32,000 nt of DNA. Origin: Buchnera aphidicola str. APS (Acyrthosiphon pisum). Its GTDB lineage: Bacteria; Pseudomonadota; Gammaproteobacteria; Enterobacterales; Enterobacteriaceae. The stretch is from the NCBI RefSeq assembly GCF_000009605.1, contig NC_002528.1:390001-422000 (forward strand), in the 5' to 3' direction. Below the pieces are notes generated by a model. It made no database searches and was not told where the DNA came from. It saw nothing but the letters and a program-made list of their open reading frames with translations. Below are positions 21,168-30,796 of this stretch, in pieces (positions within the stretch are counted from its first letter, which is position 1; every line of letters starts with the position of its first letter). A program made the position numbers and the translations under genes.

Positions 21168-21547
21168 GCAGTAGATATGCCTTTTAAGTTACAACGGCCA
21201 GTCTACATAGCTCATGATGAAAATATTTATTTATTCTCATTGAAAAGTATGAACCGGCGTAAATTAAATGATCTAAAAAATAAAATAATTGAATTTTTAA
21301 GAATCAACAATAGTATTTATTAGTTATTGCTAATGATTTTTTAAATATTAAAAATCTAAAAAAACAACATTAGCAACTTATTGAAGTTTATTTTTTTAAA
21401 AATTATATATTTATGTTATATAATAATTATATTAAAATAAAATGAATTAATTTTTATATTTTTTCTATTTATATAGATATTTTTAAAAAGATATAAATGT
21501 ATATTTTATCAAAAAAACATAAATGATATCAAATTAAATTAATTATA

Positions 21548-23671
21548 TCAGATAATAGAATTATTTATTGATTTATTAGAAAGAATAGAACTGTCTATTT
21601 CTTTAATACTTAATCTTAAACGACCTTGACGGTCTATTTCCAGTACTTTTACAGATATTATTTGATCAATTTTTAAATGATTAGATACTTTATCTACTCT
21701 TTTATCAGAAATTTGTGAAATATGTACTAAACCTTCTTTTCCCAAACCAATCGAAACAAAAGCACCAAAATCAACAATACGAGTGACTTTTCCAGAATAA
21801 ATACGACCTACTTCAATTTCAGCTGTTATTTCTTTAATTCTACGAATAGCATTTTTTGCTTTTTCTTTAACTGTAGATGATATTTTTACTGTACCGTCAT
21901 CTTCAATTTCAATAATTGTTCCAGTTTCTTCAGTTAACATGCGAATAACAGAACCACCTTTGCCTATAACATCCTTAATTTTTTCAGGATTTATTTTTAT
22001 GATGTGAATACGGGGTGCAAATTCAGAGATTTCACTTCTAGACTCATTTAATGCTTGGTTCATTACGTTTAAAATATGAAGTCTAGCTAATCTTGCCTCA
22101 TTTAAAGCTGAATGTATAATTTCATTAGTAATACCCTCTATCTTCATATCCATCTGTAATGCTGTAATCCCTTCTTCTGTACCAGCAACTTTAAAATCCA
22201 TGTCTCCTAAATGATCTTCATCTCCTAAAATATCTGAAAGCAATACGTGTTGATTTCCTTCTTTAACTAAACCCATCGAAATTCCAGCAACAGCAGATTT
22301 AATCGGTACCCCAGCATCCATTAAAGCTAAAGAAGCACCACAAACAGAAGCCATAGAAGAAGAGCCGTTAGATTCAGTAATTTCAGATACTACTCTGATA
22401 GTATAAGGAAAATTCTCTAATGTCGGCATGACGGCTAAAAGACTTCTCTTAGCAAGACGACCATGACCAATCTCTCGTCTTTTAGGGGATCCAACCATTC
22501 CTATTTCCCCAACAGAATAAGGAGGAAAATTGTAATGAAATAAAAAATTATCTATTCTGTCTCCTAATAATTCATCTAAATTTTGTGCATCTCGAGATGT
22601 ACCTAAAGTTACAGAAACTAAGGATTGTGTTTCTCCTCTAGTAAACAAAGCGGAACCATGTGTTCTAGGTAAAATACCAGTACGAACATCTAATGCACGA
22701 ATCATATCTTTTTCTCGTCCATCAATACGTGTTTGGTTGCTTAATATACGTTTACGCACAACTTTTTTCTCAATTTTTTGAAAAATATCTTCTATTTCTA
22801 GCGTATCTATGTTTGAATTTTCATCTAAAAATAATTTAATTATATTTTCCTTAATACTATTTAATTTTTCAATTCTATCTTGTTTGTTAAAAATGACGTA
22901 AGCATCACTTATATTTTTTTCAAATGAATTGATAATTTTTAATTCTAATGTTTTGTTTGTTTCTGGGTAAGATATAACCCAAGGAAGCTTGCTCGCTTCA
23001 TTTGATAGAGAACGAATATTATTAATTACCACTTGTTGTTGCTGATGTCCGAATATAATAGCTCCGAGAATTTTTTCCTCGCTAAGTATTTTAGATTCAG
23101 CTTCAACCATAAGAATTGCATTTTGAGTGCCCGATACGACTAAATCTAACGAACTATTTTTCATATCATCACTAATAGGATTTAAAATATATTGATTATT
23201 GATATAACCTACTCTAGCTGCACCTACTGGTCCATAAAATGGAATCCCCGATAAACTAAGAGCCGCAGATGCGCCTATGATGGAAATTATATCAGGATTA
23301 ATCTGGGGGTTAACTGATACTACTGTAGCAATTATTTGAATTTCATTAAGAAATTTTTTCGGGAATAACGGTCGAAGGGGTCGATCTATTAATCGAGCAG
23401 TTAATATTTCATTTTCACTAGGGCGTCCTTCCCTTCTAAAAAAACCGCCAGGTATCCGACCCGCAGCATATGTACGTTCTTGATAATTAACAGTAAGTGG
23501 AAAAAATTTCTGTCCTGTGTGTATTTTTTTTTGTCCAACAACAGTTACAAAAACTGCAGTTTCATCCATACTAGCCATAACAGCAGCGTTAGCCTGTCGA
23601 GCTATTACACCCGTTTCTAAAGTGATTGTATGTTGACCGTATTGAAATTTGCGTACAATTGGATTTAGCAA
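21548..23671 (-). CDS. pnp: Polyribonucleotide nucleotidyltransferase (PNPase)
   Basis: 707 aa versus 711 aa in E. coli. The first 15 residues [15 protein letters not shown] are identical to E. coli. RNase PH, KH and S1 domain blocks are conserved. The start is TTG (23669-23671), as in E. coli pnp, preceded by AAGGA. Confidence 0.97.
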   Translation of the reverse strand: MLNPIVRKFQYGQHTITLETGVIARQANAAVMASMDETAVFVTVVGQKKIHTGQKFFPLTVNYQERTYAAGRIPGGFFRREGRPSENEILTARLIDRPLRPLFPKKFLNEIQIIATVVSVNPQINPDIISIIGASAALSLSGIPFYGPVGAARVGYINNQYILNPISDDMKNSSLDLVVSGTQNAILMVEAESKILSEEKILGAIIFGHQQQQVVINNIRSLSNEASKLPWVISYPETNKTLELKIINSFEKNISDAYVIFNKQDRIEKLNSIKENIIKLFLDENSNIDTLEIEDIFQKIEKKVVRKRILSNQTRIDGREKDMIRALDVRTGILPRTHGSALFTRGETQSLVSVTLGTSRDAQNLDELLGDRIDNFLFHYNFPPYSVGEIGMVGSPKRREIGHGRLAKRSLLAVMPTLENFPYTIRVVSEITESNGSSSMASVCGASLALMDAGVPIKSAVAGISMGLVKEGNQHVLLSDILGDEDHLGDMDFKVAGTEEGITALQMDMKIEGITNEIIHSALNEARLARLHILNVMNQALNESRSEISEFAPRIHIIKINPEKIKDVIGKGGSVIRMLTEETGTIIEIEDDGTVKISSTVKEKAKNAIRRIKEITAEIEVGRIYSGKVTRIVDFGAFVSIGLGKEGLVHISQISDKRVDKVSNHLKIDQIISVKVLEIDRQGRLRLSIKEIDSSILSNKSINNSII

Positions 23672-23787
23672 AATAATATCCTTAACATGAAACTAATTTT
23701 TTAATAAAAATATACTATATTATTGAATTTTTTTTTATCATAAATAAAAAAATAGGTTTTTAATTTACAAAATCGAAATAAAATCGT

Positions 23788-23812
23788 AAAAAAAGGGCTA
23801 ATAAAGCCCTTT
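23788..23812 (-). terminator. Rho-independent terminator downstream of rpsO (rpsO-pnp intergenic hairpin)
   Basis: The minus-strand sense reads caaaGGGCTttattAGCCCttttttt: a 5-bp GC-rich core, extendable by A:U pairs to 8 bp, followed by T7. It lies 61 nt after the rpsO stop, in the position of the E. coli rpsO terminator upstream of the pnp leader. Confidence 0.7.
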
Positions 23813-23872
23813 GAAAAATTTATTTTTTATTTTATGAAAATATTTTAATTTTATGATTTTTATAAAAACTTC

Positions 23873-24142
23873 TTATCGTCTTAAATGTAGATCTTCAATT
23901 AAGGCACTATAACGAGATATATTCTTTTTCTTTAAATAATCTAATAATTTACGACGTTTTGATACCATATTTAAAAGACCTCTACGACTACAATGATCTT
24001 TTTTATGTTGAGAAAAATGTATTTGAAGGTAATTAATTTGATTTGTCAACAATACAACTTGTACTTCTGTTATTCCACTATTTTGTTCTGATTTACCATA
24101 TTTTAAAATAATTTTTTTAGTATCTATTGCAGATAAAGACAT
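23873..24142 (-). CDS. rpsO: 30S ribosomal protein S15
   Basis: 89 aa from the ATG at 24142 ([10 protein letters not shown]...LHLRR), matching the E. coli S15 length and sequence (MSLSTEATAK...GLRR; [23 protein letters not shown]). GGAG lies 9 nt upstream. The 94-aa track ORF starts at a TTG that overlaps this Shine-Dalgarno and is rejected. Confidence 0.95.
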   Translation of the reverse strand: MSLSAIDTKKIILKYGKSEQNSGITEVQVVLLTNQINYLQIHFSQHKKDHCSRRGLLNMVSKRRKLLDYLKKKNISRYSALIEDLHLRR

Positions 24143-24246
24143 GTAGTAGTACTCCAATATATTAAAAACTGTATTAAATTACTTCCAAATTAATCAGGTT
24201 ATTTTAAAATAATATCATGCTAATCTTAAATTTAATAGTGAATAAC

Positions 24247-25185
24247 TTAATTAATAGATCTAGAAACTAATCTATATGGAATCAATAATTCTTCTGTATT
24301 AATTCTTCCTAATCCAATAAATTTATTATTTTCTAATGCTATTACACGTACTAGACTATTTTTGATATCAGAAAAAAAAATTACAGTTTGTCCTAATTGA
24401 AAATTATATGATTGTTGAGGAAAAAGATATACTTTAGGTAAAAAAGATACAGGGCTATCTATAGGCATTAATAAATTATCTATTTTTTCGAAGAAATTAA
24501 AATTATTGTTTTTTTCTTTTCTTAATAATTTATGTAAATATGAAATTGTGACTAGTTGACTATGAAGATATGAAGCCATTTCTAAACGACGTAAAAAAAT
24601 CACATGAGCTCCACAACCTAATTTTTCCCCTAAATCCTCCACTAATGTGCGAACATATGTTCCTTTTGAACAAAATATTTTAAATTCGATTAAGTTTTTT
24701 TCTTGATGAATAGAACTTATATCATGTATAAGAACTTTTCTTATACTACGCTTAATATTTAATCCTTGACGTGCATATTTATACAAGGGCACACCATTAT
24801 GTTTGATTGCAGAATACATTGGAGGAATTTGTTCAATCAAACCAGTTAACTCCTTGAGAGCAGATTTTATTTTAAAAGAATTAATTAAAATAGGGCGTTT
24901 TTTTATGATAATTCCATCAGAATCAGATGTAGATGTTTTTTCCCCTAATTTAGCAATAACATGATATTTTTTATTAGATTCCATTAAATAATGAGAAAAT
25001 TTTGAACATTCTCCAAAACAAATTGGTAGCATACCTGTTGCTAACGGATCTAGAGTACCAATATAACCTGCTTTTTTTGCACTAAAAAGCATCTTAACTT
25101 TTTGTAAGGCATTATTAGAAGATATTCCCTGTGGTTTATCTAGTAAAAGTAATCCATGAACATCGCGTTTTTTATGAAAAAACAT
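24247..25185 (-). CDS. truB: tRNA pseudouridine(55) synthase TruB
   Basis: 312 aa versus 314 aa in E. coli, with GLLLLDKPQGISSNNALQKVK, the catalytic-Asp block GTLDPLATGMLPICFGE, CSKGTYVRTLVEDLGEKLGCGAHV and LLMPIDSP. Confidence 0.95.
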   Translation of the reverse strand: MFFHKKRDVHGLLLLDKPQGISSNNALQKVKMLFSAKKAGYIGTLDPLATGMLPICFGECSKFSHYLMESNKKYHVIAKLGEKTSTSDSDGIIIKKRPILINSFKIKSALKELTGLIEQIPPMYSAIKHNGVPLYKYARQGLNIKRSIRKVLIHDISSIHQEKNLIEFKIFCSKGTYVRTLVEDLGEKLGCGAHVIFLRRLEMASYLHSQLVTISYLHKLLRKEKNNNFNFFEKIDNLLMPIDSPVSFLPKVYLFPQQSYNFQLGQTVIFFSDIKNSLVRVIALENNKFIGLGRINTEELLIPYRLVSRSIN

Positions 25186-25222
25186 CTATTTTCCTTTATT
25201 TTATTGATAAAAAAAAGTATTC

Positions 25223-25585
25223 TTATTCTTTTTTTGTCAAATTTTCTAAAATACAAGAAATTTTATTACCTTTTAAAAAAGAATCATCATGATGAAAAAT
25301 AATATTTGGAACGATTCGTAATTTCATTCTTTTACATAATAACTTTCGGATATAACTAGAAGCTCTATTTAATATAGTTATTTTTTTTTTTACCTTCTCA
25401 TTATTATCACTTTCTAAAAAACTAACAAATATTTGTGCATAAGATAAATCTTTTGAAACTTGTACTTCAGAAACTGTTATAATTGTTTTAATACGTGGAT
25501 CTTTAAGTGAATGCTGTATAATTGCAGCTATTTTTTTTTGCAATTCTTGAGCAATACGATCAGAGCGATTGAATAATTTTTCCAT
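25223..25585 (-). CDS. rbfA: 30S ribosome-binding factor RbfA
   Basis: 120 aa from the ATG at 25585. [24 protein letters not shown] aligns residue-for-residue with E. coli [40 protein letters not shown] resembles MRLRIVPELTFFYDNS. The 125-aa track version begins at an upstream TTG (25600); that start is less likely but not excluded. Confidence 0.85.
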   Translation of the reverse strand: [120 protein letters not shown]

Positions 25586-25630
25586 AATTATACTACCCAA
25601 TTAAATATCTTATAAAATATACATTATGGT

Positions 25631-28225
25631 TTATAATATTCTCTTCATTTCTCTAACTTCAAAAACCTCAATAATATCTCCAACACGTATATCATTGTAA
25701 TTTTTTATACCAATTCCACACTCTAATCCATTACGTATTTCATTCACATCCTCTTTAAAACGACGCAACGATTCCAATTCGCCTTCATATATTACGATGT
25801 TATTTCTTAATATATGAATTGGATTGCTGCGCTTAATTACTCCTTCTGTAACCATGCAACCAGCAATTAAACCAAATTTAGGAGATTTAAATGTATTTCT
25901 TACTTCAGCTAAACCAATAATATTTTCTTTGTATTCGGGTGATAATAGACCCGTCATGGCTGCTTTAACTTCATCGAGTAAATCATAAATAACTGAATAA
26001 TATCGCAGATCTAAATGTTCTGAATTAATTATTTTTTTAGCAGAAGTATCTGCACGAACATTAAATCCTAAAATAATAGCATTAGACGCTAGTGCTAAAG
26101 AAGCATCTGTTTCTGTAATACCTCCAATTCCTAATCCTATTATTTTTATTTTTACTTCTTCAGTAGATAATTTTAATAAAGCTCCAGAAATCGCTTCTAA
26201 AGAACCTTGTATATCAGATTTTAGAATAATTTTTAATTCGGAAACATTATTTTTATTTATGTCATCAAACATATTTTCTAAATTTATTCTGTTTTGGTTT
26301 GATAATTTTTTTTCACGAGACTTTTCTTTACGATAAGAAGCTACTTCTCTTGCTTTTTTCTCATCACGAACCACAGTAACTACATCACCAGAAAAGGGTA
26401 CTTTAGATAACCCTAAAACTTCTACTGGAATAGATGGACCTGCACTGAAAACTTCATTTCCACTAGCATCACGTAAAGATTTAATACGACCATATTCAAA
26501 TCCACACAATATTACATCTCCTTTTTTTAGCTGTCCTTTTTTCACTAATACTGTAGCTATTGGACCTCGTCCTTTATCTAAAAAAGACTCTACAACAATA
26601 CCTTCAGCCATTCCAGTAGTTACTGCTTTTAATTCTAACATTTCTGCTTGTAGTAAAATTACGTTTAATAATTTATTAATCCCTTTTCCTGTTTTTGCAG
26701 AAACGGATACGAAAATATTCTCACCACCCCATTCTTCTGAAAGAATGTTATATTTCATCAAGTCGTTTCTTACTTTATCAATATCAGAATCGGTTTTATC
26801 AATTTTATTAATAGCAACTATTACAGGAACATTAGCTTCTTTTGCGTGTTGGATAGCCTCAATTGTTTGTGGCATTACCCCGTCATCTGCAGCAACAACT
26901 AAAATAACAATATCAGTTATCTGAACTCCACGAGATCTCATTGCAGTAAATGCTGAGTGTCCGGGTGTGTCTAAAAAGGTAATGGAACCTAAATCAGTTT
27001 TTACATGATAGGCACCAATGTTTTGTGTAATTCCACCTGCTTCGTAAAATGCGGTTTTTGTTGAACGAATATAATCTAATAAAGATGTTTTTCCATGATC
27101 AACATGTCCCATTATAGTAACGACTGGAGCTCTAATAGCAGAAACATCGTTTCCTGTGTCACGATCTTTCATAATTAGTTCTTCTAATGCATTTTCACGA
27201 TGTACAATAACTTTATGACCCATTTCTTCTGCAATTAACTGAGCTGTATCTTGGTCAAGAACATGATTAATAGTTCCAATAATACCCATGTTCATCATAT
27301 TTTTAATGACTTCGGAACTTTTTATAGCCATTTTATTTGCTAAATCGGACACAGTAATCGTATTACTTATGATAACATCTCTATTAATTATAGATTCTGG
27401 TTTTTGAAAAACTTGTTGTAATAAAATAGGTTTATTTTTTTGTTTACTATTTTTCTTATTACGATTAAAAGTACGAATTTCTTCTTTATTATATCTTCCA
27501 TTATGAAAATTTTTATTATTCTTCTTTTGACGATAATTTTTTAAAATTCGCCCATGATTTCTTTTATCTATTTCTACTTCTCTATCATTCTCATCTTCGG
27601 CCTGACGTGCGTGTAAAAATGTTGTTAAATGATAATCTTGTTTTTCTTCTTTATGAGATATCCGAATATCTTTGTTTTCTTTAATTCTTTTTTTGTGGTT
27701 TAAATCAAAAGAATTAGATTCTCTATGTTGATTGAATTTTTTATTTTGTTCATCTTTATTTGAAATTTTTAGTTTGTTTTCTTTTTTTGTATTTAAAGAT
27801 CTTGAATCACTTTTATTTAACTCTATTTTTTCTATATTTTTTATGTATTTTTTTTCTTTATTCTTTAAAGATGACGTTTTCTGCATTGAATGTTTAATTA
27901 CTTTTTTTTCATTTAAAAAAGATTCATTTTCAAATTTATTGTTTTTTACATAAGCTCTTTTTTTTCTAACTTCTACTTGTACAGATTTGTTTTTTCCTCC
28001 AACCGTTGAAATTCTTAAAGTACTGCGTGTTTTTCTTTGTAAAACTAAAGTATCTAAAGAGTATTTTTTTTTAGATTCTAAATGTTTCAATAAAATATTT
28101 TTTTCAAGTACATTAATATAATTGTCTTCAGTTTTTGTTATACCGATAATAGATAATTCTTTTATTAATTCTTGAATTGATATCTTTATTTCATTAGATA
28201 AAACTTTTAAACTTATATCTGGCAT
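25631..28225 (-). CDS. infB: Translation initiation factor IF-2
   Basis: 864 aa. The G-domain and C-terminal domains are nearly identical to E. coli ([76 protein letters not shown]). The N-terminal linker is replaced by a Lys/Asn-rich low-complexity segment. SD AGGAAG. Confidence 0.97.
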   Translation of the reverse strand: MPDISLKVLSNEIKISIQELIKELSIIGITKTEDNYINVLEKNILLKHLESKKKYSLDTLVLQRKTRSTLRISTVGGKNKSVQVEVRKKRAYVKNNKFENESFLNEKKVIKHSMQKTSSLKNKEKKYIKNIEKIELNKSDSRSLNTKKENKLKISNKDEQNKKFNQHRESNSFDLNHKKRIKENKDIRISHKEEKQDYHLTTFLHARQAEDENDREVEIDKRNHGRILKNYRQKKNNKNFHNGRYNKEEIRTFNRNKKNSKQKNKPILLQQVFQKPESIINRDVIISNTITVSDLANKMAIKSSEVIKNMMNMGIIGTINHVLDQDTAQLIAEEMGHKVIVHRENALEELIMKDRDTGNDVSAIRAPVVTIMGHVDHGKTSLLDYIRSTKTAFYEAGGITQNIGAYHVKTDLGSITFLDTPGHSAFTAMRSRGVQITDIVILVVAADDGVMPQTIEAIQHAKEANVPVIVAINKIDKTDSDIDKVRNDLMKYNILSEEWGGENIFVSVSAKTGKGINKLLNVILLQAEMLELKAVTTGMAEGIVVESFLDKGRGPIATVLVKKGQLKKGDVILCGFEYGRIKSLRDASGNEVFSAGPSIPVEVLGLSKVPFSGDVVTVVRDEKKAREVASYRKEKSREKKLSNQNRINLENMFDDINKNNVSELKIILKSDIQGSLEAISGALLKLSTEEVKIKIIGLGIGGITETDASLALASNAIILGFNVRADTSAKKIINSEHLDLRYYSVIYDLLDEVKAAMTGLLSPEYKENIIGLAEVRNTFKSPKFGLIAGCMVTEGVIKRSNPIHILRNNIVIYEGELESLRRFKEDVNEIRNGLECGIGIKNYNDIRVGDIIEVFEVREMKRIL

Positions 28226-28242
28226 ACTATTCTTCCTATTTA

Positions 28243-29733
28243 TCAGACTTTACTACTAAACCAACAGATATTACGAGCAGTCATAATTAATAACCCAGCT
28301 TGTTCAGAATTTAAATTTTTAATATCAGTTAAATCGTCAATTCCTTGATCAGCTAATTCTTCTATAGTAAATATATTTTTTTCGGCTAATTGCAAAGCTA
28401 GTACTGCGTTCATTCCATTTATTTTTAATAACTCTTTTTCTGTTTTTCTTTCTTGTATTATCATTTTATTTTTATCTGATTCCATTAAGAGAAGTTTACT
28501 TTTCGCGCCTTCACGTACTTTTTTTGCTTGATCTTCAGTTAAATTTTTAACTTCTAGTAATTCGTTAAATGGTATGTATGCCAACTCTTCAAGAGAAGAA
28601 AAACCTTCTTTAACTAAAATTTTAATAATATTTTCATTTATATTTAAATTTTTTTTAAAAAAATTAAAAGCAGTATGAGCTTCTTCTTTATGTTTAGAAT
28701 GAAGATCTTCTGTAGTCATAACATTTAATTCCCAACCACTAATTTGAGAAGCTAAACGAACATTTTGACCATTTCGACCAATGGCTTGAGCTAAATTATT
28801 TATATCTACTGCTATATCCATAGTATGACAATCCTCATCTACAACAATAGAAGCTACATCAGCCGGAGCCATAGCATTTATAACGAATTGAGCTGGATTA
28901 TCATCCCATAAAATAATATCAATACGCTCTCCACATAATTCGCTAGATACCGCTTGTACCCGAGCACCTCTCATACCCACACAAGCTCCTACAGGATCAA
29001 TACGCTTATCATTAGTCTTAACTGCAATTTTAGCACGAGAACCTGGGTCTCGTGCAGCAGCTTTTATTTCGATTACTTCTTCTCCAATCTCAGGGACTTC
29101 TATTCGAAACAATTCAGTAAGCATTTCAGTTTTTGAACGACTTATAAATAGCTGAGCACCACGAGCTTCTGGATACACCCCATATAAAATACCACGAATA
29201 CGATCTCCTGGACGAAAGTTTTCTCTTGGCAGCATGCCTTCACGTAAAATTAATGCTTCAGCATTATTACCTAGATCTAACATTATGTTGTCTCGATTAA
29301 TTTTTTTAACTATTCCGGTAATTATTTGACCGGTATATTTGCGAAATTGTTCCACTAACATTGCTCGTTCTGCTTCACGAACTTTTTGAACAATCACTTG
29401 TTTTGCAGTTTGAGTTGTTATTCTATCAAAATCAACAGATTCAATTTGTTCTTCTATATAATCATTAAGATAAACTTTTTCGCCATCAAAACATGCTGCT
29501 TCTAAAGTGATTTCTCTAGTTGGTTGAGTTACTGTTTCTACTACCATCCAACGTCGAAAAGTAGTGAAGCCCCCAGTTTTTCGATTAATACTTACTCTGA
29601 TATCAATTTCTTGTTCATGTTTTTTCTTAGTCGCCGTTGCTAATGCCATTTCTAAAGCTTCAAAAATTTTTTCGCGAGGTAGAGATTTTTCATTAGAAAC
29701 AGCCTCGACAACAGCTAAGATTTCTTTATTCAT
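28243..29733 (-). CDS. nusA: Transcription termination/antitermination factor NusA
   Basis: 496 aa from the ATG at 29733. [28 protein letters not shown] is almost identical to the E. coli NusA N terminus. S1, KH and AR domains are conserved through NICWF. GAGG lies 9 nt upstream. The 501-aa track ORF starts at a TTG overlapping that Shine-Dalgarno and is rejected. Confidence 0.95.
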   Translation of the reverse strand: MNKEILAVVEAVSNEKSLPREKIFEALEMALATATKKKHEQEIDIRVSINRKTGGFTTFRRWMVVETVTQPTREITLEAACFDGEKVYLNDYIEEQIESVDFDRITTQTAKQVIVQKVREAERAMLVEQFRKYTGQIITGIVKKINRDNIMLDLGNNAEALILREGMLPRENFRPGDRIRGILYGVYPEARGAQLFISRSKTEMLTELFRIEVPEIGEEVIEIKAAARDPGSRAKIAVKTNDKRIDPVGACVGMRGARVQAVSSELCGERIDIILWDDNPAQFVINAMAPADVASIVVDEDCHTMDIAVDINNLAQAIGRNGQNVRLASQISGWELNVMTTEDLHSKHKEEAHTAFNFFKKNLNINENIIKILVKEGFSSLEELAYIPFNELLEVKNLTEDQAKKVREGAKSKLLLMESDKNKMIIQERKTEKELLKINGMNAVLALQLAEKNIFTIEELADQGIDDLTDIKNLNSEQAGLLIMTARNICWFSSKV

Positions 29734-29931
29734 CTTATGGAACCTCAAAATAAAAATTTTTAAAATGAATAATTACAACTCATTTTTTACATGTATTAAT
29801 TGAAAAAAAAATTAATTATGAAATTAGATAATTAATACACTAATTTTTATTAATCAAGAGTTTGTATAATTAATTATTACTTAATATTTAAAGATCAATT
29901 AAACTATATTATTTAGAAGAAACATTGTAAT

Positions 29932-29957
29932 AAAAAACCCCGAAAAGTCGGGGTTTT
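29932..29957 (-). terminator. Rho-independent terminator after tRNA-Leu/secG; the sequence is symmetric and could act in both directions
   Basis: The + strand reads aaaaaaCCCCGAaaagTCGGGGtttt. This gives a 6-bp GC-rich core (29938-29943 with 29948-29953), a 4-nt loop, and A:T extension to 10 bp. On the minus strand the hairpin is followed by tttttt. It separates the secG-tRNA unit from the nusA-infB operon. Confidence 0.75.
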
Positions 29958-30074
29958 AGGTGCTATTACCCTATGTATAAAGTTATTATTAATAATTTTT
30001 TATCTCTGAAATATAGAAAAATATTATTACTTTTAAATGTAGTACAATCATGAAAAAATCATTTAATAATACTT

Positions 30075-30160
30075 TGGTACCGAGAATGGGACTCGAACCC
30101 ACACGCCTATTCGGCACTACCCCCTCAAGATAGCGTGTCTACCAATTCCACCACCTCGGC
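30075..30160 (-). tRNA. leuU: tRNA-Leu, anticodon GAG (leuU-like), with genomically encoded CCA
   Basis: The reverse complement is GCCGAGGTGGTGGAATTGGTAGACACGCTATCTTGAGGGGGTAGTGCCGAATAGGCGTGTGGGTTCGAGTCCCATTCTCGGTACCA (86 nt). The acceptor stem GCCGAGA pairs with TCTCGGT with one G:T pair. The anticodon stem is CTATC/GGTAG with loop TTGAGGG, giving anticodon GAG. There is a long variable arm and a GGTTCGAGTCC T-arm. It is very similar to E. coli leuU and sits downstream of secG, as in E. coli. Confidence 0.95.
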
Positions 30161-30205
30161 AAAAATGTATTATAATTACATATTTTTTATATTAAATGAA
30201 AATAA

Positions 30206-30535
30206 TTAATTAGGTATATCGAGATTTAATTTTTTTTTATCTAAAACATGTTTTTTTGTTATGGTGTTGTTTTGATTATCTTCCCAAAAAAAATCCGAAT
30301 CAATTCTTTTACTATTAATATTACACAAAATAATACTTATCAATAAAAAGAAAAAAGCAAGAATTTTAATAATTTTAGTAATAAAATTATTAGTTCCTAT
30401 ACTATTAAAAAATTTAATATTATTTTTCGTATGTGAATGAACTGTATTATTCAGTCCTTTTCCCGGTTGAAGTAAAATAAAAAAAATTAAAGAAAAGGAA
30501 ATAAAAATAAAAACAATCAAAAAAAATAAATACAT
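30206..30535 (-). CDS. secG: Preprotein translocase subunit SecG
   Basis: 109 aa versus 110 aa in E. coli. It has two hydrophobic segments, the LLQPGKG motif (E. coli MLQQGKG), ILCNINS (E. coli VLGNINS) and the identical C-terminal DIPN. SD AAAGGA. Confidence 0.9.
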
Positions 30536-30796
30536 AAAGAGTTATTTCCTTTGTTAAAAAAAATAATTATTAAAATATATTACTGTTTACTTAAATATGC
30601 TTTTTTATTAAAAAAAATTTTTATTTTTTATAAAGAATTTATATATAAGATTTTACATATAAATTATCTATTTTTTAAATGATATTGCTTGTCTATTCTA
30701 TAAAATATATATTTTTCTATTTTATACTCTGAATAAATAAATAAATGATAATTTCCCAAAATTTATCACAACTATTATTTTTATGAAATATATAAA

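Noticed and set aside
21249-21323. 24-codon plus-strand ORF (MNRRKLNDLKNKIIEFLRINNSIY) in the pnp-deaD spacer
   Set aside because: It is too short, has no Shine-Dalgarno, and has no similarity to NlpI or anything I recognise. Its GC-richer 5' end is better explained as part of the deaD leader on the opposite strand.
27732-29803. Plus-strand ORFs 27732..27953 (in infB), 28954..29136 and 29564..29803 (in nusA)
   Set aside because: All are antisense to highly conserved infB or nusA. The infB one mirrors the Lys/Asn-rich linker, so poly-Phe/Ser is expected on the opposite strand.
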